Source of the DNA: Pseudolabrys sp.
GTDB lineage: Bacteria; Pseudomonadota; Alphaproteobacteria; Rhizobiales; Xanthobacteraceae
Assembly (NCBI GenBank): GCA_025929185.1
Contig: JAICMO010000002.1
Span: 172 to 64,171 of the forward strand
Length of the DNA: 64,000 nucleotides
Direction: 5' to 3'
Below the pieces are notes generated by a model. The model saw only the letters and a list, made by a program, of their open reading frames with translations, was not told the origin of the DNA and did no database searches. Every line of letters starts with the position of its first letter. The stretch's first letter is position 1. Shown here piece by piece: positions 47,994-57,658 of this stretch. A program made the translations under genes and the position numbers.

Positions 47994-48500
47994 CTAGGCC
48001 GCGAACGGATGTTTGACCTGATCGCGCTTGGCGACGACCTCGGCGACCTTCGGTTCGCCGGCAATGGCGCGCGCAAGCGCCTCCTTGGTGGCGCGATAGT
48101 TGAAATCCTGAATCTTCTTGTCGTCCGCAGCTTCCCAGTGGATGAACACGCCGACGCAGCAGAACAGATTGTCGGCTTCGTCCTGCGGGATCACGCCCTC
48201 GGCAACGCTGTCGGCGACCGCCTTGGCGACTGCGTGTTGCGCGGGCCCGAACATCTGTACGGCCTGCTTTGCCCCCTTGATGGTGACCTTGTTGAACAAC
48301 ACGGTCGCAGGCTTGCATAAAAGGTTCGGCGCCACCACAGCCAGCAGTGAAGTGAAACCGTCCTTGTTGTTGGTCAGACAATTGGCGAATGCCGTTTCGG
48401 CGGCGCTTCCGCGCGGCCCGATGATGAGGTCGATGTGAGCGACTTCATTGCCCTCGCCGACCAGAGACTCGCCAACGCACAGTCCGTTAACTTTAGCCAT
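47994..48500 (-). CDS. fae: Formaldehyde-activating enzyme (5,6,7,8-tetrahydromethanopterin hydro-lyase)
   Basis: [32 protein letters not shown]...[15 protein letters not shown]...FNKVTI...[10 protein letters not shown]...[12 protein letters not shown]...HPFAA is near-collinear with my memory of Methylobacterium extorquens Fae. A strong RBS GGGAGGAG precedes it. Start at ATG 48500. Confidence 0.95.
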   Translation of the reverse strand: MAKVNGLCVGESLVGEGNEVAHIDLIIGPRGSAAETAFANCLTNNKDGFTSLLAVVAPNLLCKPATVLFNKVTIKGAKQAVQMFGPAQHAVAKAVADSVAEGVIPQDEADNLFCCVGVFIHWEAADDKKIQDFNYRATKEALARAIAGEPKVAEVVAKRDQVKHPFAA

Positions 48501-48641
48501 CGCCATCTCCTCCCAAGGAAACAAAAATTCATGCCGCGCGCCAAGCCTTCGGCGCCCGGCGGAACGGCTATCCTTGTTATCAGCGTCCGAGTCCCGGACC
48601 GGTTAGCCAGATAGCGGCGGAAGAGTTTCCGCAGCGCAAAG

Positions 48642-49523
48642 TCAATCACCGATATGCGGCGGCGGCAAGATGCCTCGCAGACGATGCGCGAAAAGCGTCG
48701 CGACCGTAAGGTCGGCACTTGTCCCGGGATTGATCCCTCCGTCTTTCAGCTTTGCGTCCCACGCGAGAATAGTGGGCAGGATATCGTCCAGCCGATCGGC
48801 GTTTTGCACTTTTATTTGAAGGCGGGCGGCATCGCGACGTACCTGTTCGGCAATCGCGGCGCCGTGTTTACGCACGATGTGCGTATCGGGAAACGTCGCG
48901 AGAAAGCTAAGATAGAGCTCAAGGGTAGCCTTCCGCCGGTCCGCCGACGCAGCAAGCGCGCGGACAAAAAGAAGCTCGCCACGCTCGAACACGTCGGCAA
49001 AATTCGTCACATACTGCCGCGCAATGCAGTCGCGATCGGCCGCCTCAGCCATTGCTTCGCGCAAGCTCACCGTTGCCGGCTGGAACACGTCATGCCGTTC
49101 GCTGCGGCCGAGCCCGGCGGGAGACGCGCGAACAATCGCACGAAAAACAAGGTCGGCGTCGTTGCGATCGAGTCCTTGCAGGATCCGCGAAAGCGGTGCG
49201 CGTAAATCACCTTGCCCCACTTCCGCCGCTGCCGCGAGCGGCGCACAGAGCAGGATGATGCCCAAGTTCGTATTCACGCCGACCGCTGCAAAGCTTGCCT
49301 CGACCGCACCCAAAACGCGCTGCCCGATACGCGCGCTCGGCGTACTGAGCGGGCCTGATGCCGCCATCGCGCTACGCTCGAAATCGCTTGCCGTCATGCG
49401 GTGACCGTCGGCGAACGCGTGCACATTACCTGGCTTTGGCGCCTCAAGCTCGTCGCGGCAGGCCTGCACGAAAGCGGCGGCAATCCGTTCCGATTGCCTG
49501 ACGGATTCCGGCGGCTCAGGCAC
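48642..49523 (-). CDS. Triphosphoribosyl-dephospho-CoA synthase (CitG/MdcB)-like protein of the H4MPT island
   Basis: The CitG-family opening ACRDELEAPKPGNVH and the helical remainder support the call. Its position between the RimK-like gene and fae matches known methylotroph islands. Confidence 0.75.
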   Translation of the reverse strand: MPEPPESVRQSERIAAAFVQACRDELEAPKPGNVHAFADGHRMTASDFERSAMAASGPLSTPSARIGQRVLGAVEASFAAVGVNTNLGIILLCAPLAAAAEVGQGDLRAPLSRILQGLDRNDADLVFRAIVRASPAGLGRSERHDVFQPATVSLREAMAEAADRDCIARQYVTNFADVFERGELLFVRALAASADRRKATLELYLSFLATFPDTHIVRKHGAAIAEQVRRDAARLQIKVQNADRLDDILPTILAWDAKLKDGGINPGTSADLTVATLFAHRLRGILPPPHIGD

Positions 49524-50454
49524 CTTGCCGCGTCCGCATTGCGAGGCTTGCCGTCAGATCGCCGGCAAGGACCGCCGCGATATCGATCGAAGTCGTCGGC
49601 TGCAAGCCGGACCATGCCGGCATGCTGTTCACTTCGAGAATGGTGGGCCGATTATCGCGGTCGTAGATGATATCGATGCCGGCAAAATCCGCGCCGACCG
49701 CCGCGGCGGCGGCAACGGCAAGGTCTCGCATCGCATTGTCGGCGACCGCGGCAACCGGCCTGCCGCCGCGCTTCACGTTTGTCACCCAATGCAACGAATG
49801 CCGCATCATTGCCGCGACCACGCGCCCGCGCGATACCAGGACACGAAAGTCATGGAAGCCATCGCGATCCGCCGAAATAAATTGTTGCAAATAATAGACG
49901 CCGGATACCTCGCTCGCGGCGGGAAGATCCTCCACGTTGCGTATCAGGCGCAAGCCCCTTCCCTGCGATCCAAACAACGGCTTGAGCACAAGCGGCGCGC
50001 GCTCGCACCGCATAACGGCCGCTGCCGCTTCGCGCGATTCCATGACCCAGGTCATCGGAGTCGGCAAACCGGCGCGCGCAAGGAGAAAGCTTGTCATCGA
50101 TTTGTCGACGCAGCGCTCGATGGCGCGCGCGTTATTCCATACGGAAATGCCGACTGCGGAAAGCGCATGCAAAATGCCGAGCCGCAGCGTCACCGCCTCG
50201 AACGTTCCACCCGACATGTCCCGCACCAGGACCGCATCGGGAAGAGCAAATTCAAAACCTGGCAGCCCTAGCCCGCTTCCGTTTGCCGTATCGATGCGAC
50301 AAGCGGCCAGCGACAACAGCTTTGTTCTTAGCCCCAAGCCAGCGAATGCCTTTGCGAGCGAACGCGCGTGCCAATCGTTGGCGTCGGTGACGATAGCAAC
50401 GGTCGCAGCGGACGCGCGGCTACACGGGACTGCCGATTCAGGAGAAGGACGCAT
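49516..50454 (-). CDS. RimK-family ATP-grasp alpha-L-glutamate ligase (H4MPT:glutamate ligase MptN-like)
   Basis: ATP-grasp blocks are DKSMTSFLLARAGLPTP, LVLKPLFGSQGRGL, YLQQFI, DFRVLV and GADFAGIDII..ILEVNSMPAW. It overlaps mch (17 nt) and the CitG-like gene (8 nt). Confidence 0.8.
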   Translation of the reverse strand: MRPSPESAVPCSRASAATVAIVTDANDWHARSLAKAFAGLGLRTKLLSLAACRIDTANGSGLGLPGFEFALPDAVLVRDMSGGTFEAVTLRLGILHALSAVGISVWNNARAIERCVDKSMTSFLLARAGLPTPMTWVMESREAAAAVMRCERAPLVLKPLFGSQGRGLRLIRNVEDLPAASEVSGVYYLQQFISADRDGFHDFRVLVSRGRVVAAMMRHSLHWVTNVKRGGRPVAAVADNAMRDLAVAAAAAVGADFAGIDIIYDRDNRPTILEVNSMPAWSGLQPTTSIDIAAVLAGDLTASLAMRTRQGA

Positions 50455-51412
50455 CGAGCAGCCTTAGATTGAGTTGGCCGGAACGAAAACTCTCGCCCGT
50501 TTCCAACGCCGTCACAATCACCTGCGCCGGGCTGAACAGCATCGGATCGATTGCATAAAAATCGCCTTTGAAGCGCTTGAAGATTTCCGCGAACGGCAGC
50601 CCGTAGTCACGCGAGCGTTCACTCGGCAATTGGTCGGCTAGTGCGCGGGCGTCGGCGGCCGGTCCAGTCACCATAAGCTGCACGCGGCCAGCGTAAATGA
50701 TGGAATCGTTCGTGCGGCCCATGGCGGTCACAAAATCGAGATGCGGCGGCGCGAGTGGCGCCGCGCCCATTCCCTCGACAATCCGCTCGAGCGGAAACCT
50801 CAATTCGTGCGCCTTATGCAGCGCCACTTCGAGCACGCGCGCAACAACTTGGGTCGCACCGGCAAGACTCTGGGTCGGCGCGTAAAGGAAAGTCAGTGCC
50901 TTTGCGTCAAGTGCGCAAGCCCGAGCGACCCTATCGACCACCTCGCGCGGCGGCGGGCGAAAGCTTTCCAGCACCAGGGCGGCGTGTTTTGCCGCATCAC
51001 AGTAATCGAGCGTTTCAAACAACGGCTCGACCCGCGCCAGCGACCTCGCCGGCCCCGAGCCGAGCGCGAAAAAGGCATCCTCGCCTTCTTCGTGAGTCAA
51101 ACGCCAGCCCGCATACTGGCTTGCAAGACAAGCGATGACCGGGTTTGCCGAATAGACCTGCAAGGTCCAAGGCCAGTGAGGAGTTGCGGTGCTGGAGGTC
51201 AATTGCAGCGCGCCCAAGCCGCCCATGGCGATTTCTGCCAAGGCCAATCCCGCGGCAATGCTTCCTTGCGTCGCGCTGCCGGCATCGATCAGAGTCTCCC
51301 CGCCCTCGCCCCGAGAGACCGCGACCTTAAGTTCTGTAGCGGCCGCTTTGAGTTTCTCAATCAACGCTGCGGCGCGAGCGTTCACACTGATGGTCGCCGA
51401 GAACGTCATCAC
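50438..51412 (-). CDS. mch: Methenyl-tetrahydromethanopterin cyclohydrolase
   Basis: 324 aa. The blocks SVNARAAALIEKL, LIDAG..GSIAAGLALAEI.MGGLG, ACLASQYAGW, ALGSGPAR and DSIIYAGRV are typical of Mch. The start overlaps the upstream ATP-grasp stop (ATGA). Confidence 0.9.
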   Translation of the reverse strand: MMTFSATISVNARAAALIEKLKAAATELKVAVSRGEGGETLIDAGSATQGSIAAGLALAEIAMGGLGALQLTSSTATPHWPWTLQVYSANPVIACLASQYAGWRLTHEEGEDAFFALGSGPARSLARVEPLFETLDYCDAAKHAALVLESFRPPPREVVDRVARACALDAKALTFLYAPTQSLAGATQVVARVLEVALHKAHELRFPLERIVEGMGAAPLAPPHLDFVTAMGRTNDSIIYAGRVQLMVTGPAADARALADQLPSERSRDYGLPFAEIFKRFKGDFYAIDPMLFSPAQVIVTALETGESFRSGQLNLRLLDASFS

Positions 51413-52521
51413 ACACTTACATCGAGCAATTCATGCACGGCCGAAATTCTCTCTTCGACTAGACGCCGTGCCCGATGCGCATCCAGCGCACGCGCAAAAA
51501 CGGAGCACAGCGGCTGTTCAGATCTAATCTGACTCCCAGCGACCGGCCGATCGGCGGTCCACTCGGGCCACTCCATTTCCGGCGCAACAAGATCGCGTTG
51601 AGCATACACGATCGCGCCGGCCATGGCGTCCTCAAAAGCCGGCGGTTTTGCGGGCAGTGTGCCGCGGCACGCGTCGACATGAAGAGCAAACAACGATTTT
51701 TCTTCCGTCTCGAACAAATCGAACGTTGCACTCGGGCGCGGATTGATCTCAAGCAGATGGAAAGCCTTTCCATCGACCATAAAGTCGGCGCTGTTCAAAC
51801 CCTTGAGCGCAATCACGCCGCAAATCCGCTCCACCGCGGCGATCATAGACCGCTTGGTGGCCTCGTCGACTTCAACCGGCCGAACCGCGCCGCCGTAGCG
51901 GAAAGGGTGCCGCAGCGTTGGCGCAGGCCACTGCAACGTAAACCCACAGAACATGATCCGCCCCTGCCCGTCGCCGAGGATCAACGCGGAGATCGGAACG
52001 CCATCGACCTTTCGTTGGAAATAGGTATCTTTCGCCAGCTTGGCCGCGCCATCGGCCGGTCGGATATGCCAACCGCCCGCGCCGCCGGCGCGCTTAATCA
52101 GCCAGTTCGCTTTCTCGGGCGGTGGGGCCAGCGAGGTTTCCGGATGCGGGACATTGGCGGCGGCGCAGACTTCGGCAAAGCCCAAGGGGTCCTTGAGGCG
52201 CGCAACGATCTCGGCCGCATTGCCGATTAACTGCCAGCGCCGGCCGATACGCGCCAGCAGCCCTGCGTCGTCCTCAAATCCGGTGCCGCACACAATTCCG
52301 GCGCAATCGCGGCCTGCGAGCAAGTCGCCGAGAGACGAAATCAATTTTTCGCCATCGATCGGCCGATTGAGGTCGACCCATACGTGGCCAGCCGCGGCGG
52401 CGAGCGTATCCTGATCGCCGAAACGGTCGGCGACCAAGGGAACGTATCCACCACGCCGAGCCGACGCGGCGAGCGCGCGGCCTGAGGCAGCGACGATCAA
52501 CACCGTCTTTTCCTTACCCAT
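51409..52521 (-). CDS. ATP-grasp superfamily protein of the H4MPT/methanofuran cofactor island (COG2232-like carboligase)
   Basis: The opening LIVAASGRALAASARRGGYVPLVADRFGDQDT and the later ATP-grasp-like core (FQRKVDGVPISAL, LLEINPRPSATF) support the call. It is overlap-coupled to mtdB and mch. Confidence 0.7.
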   Translation of the reverse strand: MGKEKTVLIVAASGRALAASARRGGYVPLVADRFGDQDTLAAAAGHVWVDLNRPIDGEKLISSLGDLLAGRDCAGIVCGTGFEDDAGLLARIGRRWQLIGNAAEIVARLKDPLGFAEVCAAANVPHPETSLAPPPEKANWLIKRAGGAGGWHIRPADGAAKLAKDTYFQRKVDGVPISALILGDGQGRIMFCGFTLQWPAPTLRHPFRYGGAVRPVEVDEATKRSMIAAVERICGVIALKGLNSADFMVDGKAFHLLEINPRPSATFDLFETEEKSLFALHVDACRGTLPAKPPAFEDAMAGAIVYAQRDLVAPEMEWPEWTADRPVAGSQIRSEQPLCSVFARALDAHRARRLVEERISAVHELLDVSV

Positions 52522-53410
52522 TCAGTTCGCGCGCGAGCACGAAGGCATCGCGAAAATCGAAGCACACGGGCTTTGTCGCCTCGATCATCTTTTTGAACAG
52601 GCCACACTCGGTTTTGTACTTGATGTTGCCGATCGCAAGCGGTCCAATACCCATGGTGCCGTGCGAATTGAGCTCGGTCCCGTTCGCCATCACATCGAGT
52701 CCTTCGACCCCGGACGGCGGAACGGCATTGACATCCGCAACGATCAGAAGATTGGCGGCAGCTTCGATCTGTGCGCGAGAAAGAATCTGCGCGCCCGCGC
52801 GGCCGGCGCACAGCGCGATTTCGTTTTGCGTGAGGATCGCCCGCTGTTTGGCGTCGTCGCTTCCGTCCGCCGCGCCGACATCGGCCTCGAAACGCACCTT
52901 GATCTCGCGCGCGCCCTCGCTGACGCGGCGGATACCATCATAGCCGACCAGCGTCACATCCGCGCCATGCAGGGCGGCAATCACCGCGGAGGAAAATCCC
53001 ACCACGCCGGTCGCGCCGAATACCGCGACACGCAAGCCCCTGAAGTCGCGGTTCTTCTTTTCGCGCAGCAATTTCTCGACGCAAGCGACCATGGCCGCGG
53101 CGGTGGTGAACGAGCCGGCCGGATCGGCGAAGAACGAAATGCCGAAAGGGGGCACCAGCGCTTTTTTTGCCGCCGCCAGCATGTCGAGCGCCTCGATCGC
53201 CTGCTTGCCGCCGAAAAAAACGCCGGTTTTCACGCCCGTTTTTGGCGACCGCGAAAACATGGCGTCCTGAACAAGCCCGGTTACTTCGTCGGATCTGACG
53301 TCCGTGTATGGGATGACGGACTCAAAGCCGGCATCGAGCGCCATGTTGATGTCGAACGGGCTCACATGTCTGAGCGGCGTCAGGAAATGCAGAATGTGCT
53401 TGTCGGCCAC
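52514..53410 (-). CDS. mtdB: NAD(P)-dependent methylene-tetrahydromethanopterin dehydrogenase
   Basis: 298 aa. HILHFLTPLRHVSPFDINMALDAGFE..IPYT, FADPAGSFTTAAAMVA, VFGATGVVG, ADVNAVPP and GIGPLAIGNIKY align with my memory of M. extorquens MtdB. The MtdA paralogue cannot be fully excluded without alignment. Confidence 0.85.
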   Translation of the reverse strand: MADKHILHFLTPLRHVSPFDINMALDAGFESVIPYTDVRSDEVTGLVQDAMFSRSPKTGVKTGVFFGGKQAIEALDMLAAAKKALVPPFGISFFADPAGSFTTAAAMVACVEKLLREKKNRDFRGLRVAVFGATGVVGFSSAVIAALHGADVTLVGYDGIRRVSEGAREIKVRFEADVGAADGSDDAKQRAILTQNEIALCAGRAGAQILSRAQIEAAANLLIVADVNAVPPSGVEGLDVMANGTELNSHGTMGIGPLAIGNIKYKTECGLFKKMIEATKPVCFDFRDAFVLARELNG

Positions 53411-53428
53411 GGCTTTCTCCCGGTGACG

Positions 53429-54451
53429 TCATCGCTTCGGAGTTACTGCACCGGCCCCGGCCGTTATCTCTGCGCCGCGATTGAGCCCCTTGCACACTCG
53501 GATGTCCAGGCCCCGGCAACGCGGATGTTTGCACGCAAACTCGGCAAGCCGCAAAGCTTCGTCGTCCGACGCGGTAAAAGCAAAGCCGGTCGGTCCCCAT
53601 GAGCTCTGGCCAATTCCCACGGCACCTTCGCTTTCGAGCAGGTCAAGCGCGGTGGCGATAGCAGCGCTTGCGAAAGAGCGGCCACCCTGCAGCGGCGCGA
53701 AATACGAGCCAAGCAGCGCCTGCATCCGCTTGATCGCGGTTGCAAAGGACACAAGATCCGCCTCGGCAAGCGCCGGCAGAGCCTGCATCAAGACGAGCCG
53801 GCAGATGTGCGCTGCATCGGCAGCTGCAAACGGCGGCAGTTTAGCGAATGCGGCACTCTCATCTTCTCCATGCAGTCCCGCCCGCGCAGGGTCGAGAATG
53901 AGCACGATGCGCCACGTTTCGGGAAAAGGCAGGCGGCTGATGATGGGCGCGATATCCGCATTTGCTCCGCGTCCACCGTCAACAACGACGCCCCCGGACT
54001 CGAACAGACCGATGCCAACGCCGGAGCGGCCGCCTCGCCCAAGCCGCACGGCATCTGCGCGAATGTCGAGCGGCAATCCGTGCAGACGGCGAATGCCCGC
54101 CGCGATCGCAAGCGCCATCAGCGTTCCCGAACCGAGCCCGGCATGGCTCGGCACCGTTTCCAGGATGTCGACGCGATAGCCGCCACTGTGCCCGAGAAGG
54201 TTACGCATGCTGTCAACATGCCGGCGCGCGCGTTCGCGATCGGGACCGCTGACCGCCGTCTCTTCTGCGCGTGAGATGCTAATCCGCGTTCGCAATCCGC
54301 TGATTGAAGCGCCGATGCTTCCGAACTTTCGACCGACTCCACCATTGAGGTCGAAGAAACCAAAATGCAGTCGGCCCGGTACGCTGACGGTCACGCTATG
54401 CGGCGCATCGTCAACCAGACGCTCCTGATCTTTGAGCATGGGGTTTTTCAT
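53429..54451 (-). CDS. mptG: Beta-ribofuranosylaminobenzene 5'-phosphate (RFAP) synthase, GHMP-kinase fold
   Basis: VSVPGRLHFGFFDLNG..GRKFGSIG and the GHMP motif PSHAGLGSGT support the call. It is the first gene of the minus-strand H4MPT operon. Confidence 0.8.
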   Translation of the reverse strand: MKNPMLKDQERLVDDAPHSVTVSVPGRLHFGFFDLNGGVGRKFGSIGASISGLRTRISISRAEETAVSGPDRERARRHVDSMRNLLGHSGGYRVDILETVPSHAGLGSGTLMALAIAAGIRRLHGLPLDIRADAVRLGRGGRSGVGIGLFESGGVVVDGGRGANADIAPIISRLPFPETWRIVLILDPARAGLHGEDESAAFAKLPPFAAADAAHICRLVLMQALPALAEADLVSFATAIKRMQALLGSYFAPLQGGRSFASAAIATALDLLESEGAVGIGQSSWGPTGFAFTASDDEALRLAEFACKHPRCRGLDIRVCKGLNRGAEITAGAGAVTPKR

Positions 54452-54534
54452 AAGGTAATCCCGGTTTAGACTGCGGCATCAGGACTCGCTTGGCAATCGG
54501 CCAGACTTGAAGCTCTTGGAAAGAGTTTTCCGCC

Positions 54535-54921
54535 ATGACATCTGAAACGACCAAAGAACGCACCTACACCGACGATGAGGTCAAAACGCGGCTCGCCCGT
54601 GACCTGCCGCATTGGCGGCTGGAGGGTGGCTGGATTCGCCGCAAGTACCGCACCAATAGCTGGAAGGGAACGTTGATGGTCATCAATGCCGTCGGTCATT
54701 TGGCCGAGGCAGCATGGCATCATCCCGATCTCACGGCTTCGTATGCGTGGGTAGAGGTCCGCCTGCAGAATCACGCCGCGAAGGGCATCACCGACAAAGA
54801 TTTCGAGCTCGCAAAGAAAATCGAGGATGTCGTTCAGTGGCGTCCGGGCAAAGAAGGCGGGGCGCTTGAAGGCACCCCCGAGAAAGACCAGCGCTTCGCC
54901 TATATCAAATACGACGTATAA
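54535..54921 (+). CDS. Pterin-4a-carbinolamine dehydratase (PCD/DCoH) family protein
   Basis: LPHWRLEGGWIRRKY..F......INAVGHLAEAAWHHPDL...Y..V.V.L.NH is the PCD signature. It is the first gene of the + strand fhc transcription unit. Confidence 0.8.
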   Translation: MTSETTKERTYTDDEVKTRLARDLPHWRLEGGWIRRKYRTNSWKGTLMVINAVGHLAEAAWHHPDLTASYAWVEVRLQNHAAKGITDKDFELAKKIEDVVQWRPGKEGGALEGTPEKDQRFAYIKYDV

Positions 54922-54944
54922 GCGCCGCCGGCGAGGAGGACGGG

Positions 54945-56030
54945 ATGGCGGGTGCTTGGATTCGAGATAAGCCCGCAACGCTTGAGGCTGCAACAAAAGA
55001 GGCGGCGAAGCTGTTGCAGGCGAGCCGCATGCCGCTCATCGCCGGCCTCGGGACCGATGTGGCCGGGGCGCGTGCCGCTATTGCGCTGGCACAGCAAATC
55101 GGAGCCGTGATCGATCACATGCATTCGGCCGCGCTCTTGCGCGATCTCGACGTCATGCGCGAGTCCGGCATGATGATCACGACTCCGAACGAGGCGCGCT
55201 TGCGCGGCGATCTTTTGCTTCTGGTAGGCGCCGGCTTGGTCGAAACCTGGCCTGAAATTTCGGCCCGCCTTTTCGAAAAATCGAGCGTGCTAAACAGCCG
55301 ACGAATCGTGTGGCTTTGTCCAAGCAACGGCAACACTGAAGCACATTCCGACATCGAAACGATCGGCAATAATCCCCGTAATCTGCCCGTCATGCTGGCG
55401 GCTTTGCGCGCGCGCTGCGCCGGACACGCTGTGAGGAACGACACACCCGATTTGCGGAAAATCGATGCGCTGGCATCGGAGCTGCCGCAGGCGCGTTTCG
55501 GCGTGGCTGTCTGGTCGGCCGCGGAGAACGACGCACTCACGATCGAGATGCTGTGCGGTCTGGTAAAGGATCTCAACGCGACGACACGGTTCTCCGGCTT
55601 GCCGCTTGCGCCAGGCAACGATGCCGCAGCGGTGCAGCAGGTAAGCGGCTGGATGACCGGCTTTCCCGTCCGCACCGGTTTCGGCCGCGGCGATCCCGAG
55701 CACGATCCCTGGCGCTTCGATGGTGTCCGGCTCGTCGACACCGGCGAGGCCGATTGCGCGCTCTGGATTTCCGCGTACCACCCCATGGCGCCCCCGTGGA
55801 AACGCGAGGTGCCGATCATCGCGCTCACGAACGGACTCGATTGCTTTGATCGGCCGCCGGCCGTCGCCATCTCGGTCGGCCAACCGGGCACGGATCACGA
55901 TAGCGTCGAGTACTTAGCTGCGACGGGAACGCTCGCGTTTTCTAGAGTTACTTCTCGGGCTAACGTTATGTCCGTCGCAGACGCGATCGGCGGCATCGCG
56001 GCGACTTTGCCGGTACCCTCCCCATGCTGA
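54945..56030 (+). CDS. fhcB: Formyltransferase/hydrolase complex subunit B (formylmethanofuran dehydrogenase subunit B homologue)
   Basis: The size (361 aa), its position as the first of four overlap-coupled genes in the B-A-D-C order known from M. extorquens, and the N-terminal LIAGLGTDVAGARAAIALA block resembling FmdB/FwdB support the call. Confidence 0.75.
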   Translation: MAGAWIRDKPATLEAATKEAAKLLQASRMPLIAGLGTDVAGARAAIALAQQIGAVIDHMHSAALLRDLDVMRESGMMITTPNEARLRGDLLLLVGAGLVETWPEISARLFEKSSVLNSRRIVWLCPSNGNTEAHSDIETIGNNPRNLPVMLAALRARCAGHAVRNDTPDLRKIDALASELPQARFGVAVWSAAENDALTIEMLCGLVKDLNATTRFSGLPLAPGNDAAAVQQVSGWMTGFPVRTGFGRGDPEHDPWRFDGVRLVDTGEADCALWISAYHPMAPPWKREVPIIALTNGLDCFDRPPAVAISVGQPGTDHDSVEYLAATGTLAFSRVTSRANVMSVADAIGGIAATLPVPSPC

Positions 56031-57658
56031 CGCGGCTTGCCGGCGGACACATCGTCGATCCGGCCAATGGCCGCGACGGCGTCGGCGACGTTTGGTTTCG
56101 CGACGGACGCCTTGTCGCCCCGCCGGAAAATGGCCGGCCCGACGAAACGTACGATGTGGCCGGCATGATCGTGATGGCGGGCGCGATCGATATCCATTCG
56201 CATATCGCCGGCAGCAACGAGAATCTCGGTCGGTTGTTGCTGCCCGAGCAGCGCTATGCGGCTTTCGAGCATGCCGGTCATGTCACGACCGCTAAAGGTG
56301 CTTGGACCACCGCCGAAACAGGCCGCCTCTATGCGGCGATGGGGTTTACGACCGTCGTCGAGCCGGCGGTGCTGCCAGAGCACGCCCTTCACGCGCATCT
56401 TGAGCTCGCCGACATTCCGATCATCGACAAAGCCACGCTGACGGTGCTCGGCAACGACGATTTCCTGCTCAACCTGCTGCGGCGGCGCGAGGGCGGCGAG
56501 GCGGTCCGCGACTACATAGCCTGGACCCTCGCCACATCGCGGGCGCTCGGCATCAAGGTGATCAATGCCGGCGGCGCCGCGGCGTTCAAGGACAATGTGA
56601 GGAGCTTCTCGCTGGACGATGTGGTGCCCGAATACGGCATCTCCTCGCGCGCGATCTTCAAGGCGCTACAGAAGGCCGTGCACGAACTGCGTCTGCCGCA
56701 TCCATTGCACCTCCACTGCAACAATCTCGGCATTCCCGGCAACGTCGAGACGGCGCTCGCCACGATCCAGGCGGCGGAGGGCCTGCCGCTGCATCTCGCG
56801 CATCTGCAATTCTACGGCTACGGAAAGGAGGGACCGCGCGGCTTTTCCTCCGCCGCTGCGCGCCTTGCCGACGCGGTCAACGCTGCGAAGCACCTCACCA
56901 TCGACGTTGGACAGGTGATGTTCGGCCAGACCGTTACGATTTCCGCCGACGTGCTGCGCCAATTCAATGCGCGCAACGGCGCGCGGCCGAAGAAATGGAT
57001 CATTCTCGACGGAGATTCGAATGGCGCGGGCATCGTGCCTTATGCGTATCGCGCAAACGATTTCTACAACGCCGTCCAGTGGGCCGCCGGTCTCGAACTT
57101 TTCCTTCTCATCAACGACCCATGGCGCGTGTTCTTCACGACGGATCACCCCAATGGTGCGCCGTTCACGGCCTACCCCGATATACTTGCGCTCCTCCTGG
57201 ACCGGAGCCTTCGGGCCGAGTGGATGACCAAGCTGCCGAAGGAAGCAATCGAGGTCACCACCCTGCCCTCGATCGGACGCGAGTACACGCTCAACGAGAT
57301 CGCCATCATGACCCGGGCCGCGCCGGCGCGGCTGCTCGGCTTGAGGGATCGTGGGCACCTGGCAGCCGGCGCGATCGCCGATATTGCGGTTTACGCGCCT
57401 TTCAAAGACAAGGCCGCGATGTTCCGTAACGCTGCATTTGTCTTCAAGTCCGGCGAACTTGTCGTCCGCAACGGAAACGTACTTCATCAGCCATTCGGCC
57501 GAACGCTCAACGTGCATCCGGCGCGCGGGCGCGCCATCGAGCGGCGCATGCGCGACTACTACGAAAACCGCTACGGATTGTCGCCCGATTTTATGACTGT
57601 CGCCGACCTTGCCATCGGGCGGCCTGATCCTTTTGAAACCGTGCCATGCCTCAGTTGA
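56024..57658 (+). CDS. fhcA: Formyltransferase/hydrolase complex subunit A (amidohydrolase-fold, FmdA/FwdA homologue)
   Basis: 544 aa with the amidohydrolase metal site GAIDIHSHIAG, then LHLHCNNLG, LAHLQFY and FTTDHPNG. It overlaps fhcB by 7 nt. Confidence 0.88.
   Translation: MLTRLAGGHIVDPANGRDGVGDVWFRDGRLVAPPENGRPDETYDVAGMIVMAGAIDIHSHIAGSNENLGRLLLPEQRYAAFEHAGHVTTAKGAWTTAETGRLYAAMGFTTVVEPAVLPEHALHAHLELADIPIIDKATLTVLGNDDFLLNLLRRREGGEAVRDYIAWTLATSRALGIKVINAGGAAAFKDNVRSFSLDDVVPEYGISSRAIFKALQKAVHELRLPHPLHLHCNNLGIPGNVETALATIQAAEGLPLHLAHLQFYGYGKEGPRGFSSAAARLADAVNAAKHLTIDVGQVMFGQTVTISADVLRQFNARNGARPKKWIILDGDSNGAGIVPYAYRANDFYNAVQWAAGLELFLLINDPWRVFFTTDHPNGAPFTAYPDILALLLDRSLRAEWMTKLPKEAIEVTTLPSIGREYTLNEIAIMTRAAPARLLGLRDRGHLAAGAIADIAVYAPFKDKAAMFRNAAFVFKSGELVVRNGNVLHQPFGRTLNVHPARGRAIERRMRDYYENRYGLSPDFMTVADLAIGRPDPFETVPCLS

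Noticed and set aside
47377-48381. 334-aa minus-strand ORF overlapping the HisA/F-like gene and fae
   Set aside because: The fae frame translates to a near-textbook Fae sequence, whereas this alternative frame gives an Arg/Gly-rich product. Both cannot be real, and fae is clearly the gene.
48501-48641. Looked for a sigma54 (TGGCAC-N5-TTGC) or clear sigma70 promoter upstream of fae
   Set aside because: The only GG/GC-like string (TTGGCGCGCGGCATGA on the minus strand) lacks the -12 TTGC element. No convincing -35/-10 pair was found, so no promoter is reported.
49525-53602. Several 240-313-aa plus-strand ORFs (49525-50271, 50741-51532, 51475-52230, 52661-53602)
   Set aside because: All are antisense to the overlap-coupled mptG-mtdB-mch operon genes and have low-complexity Arg-rich translations.
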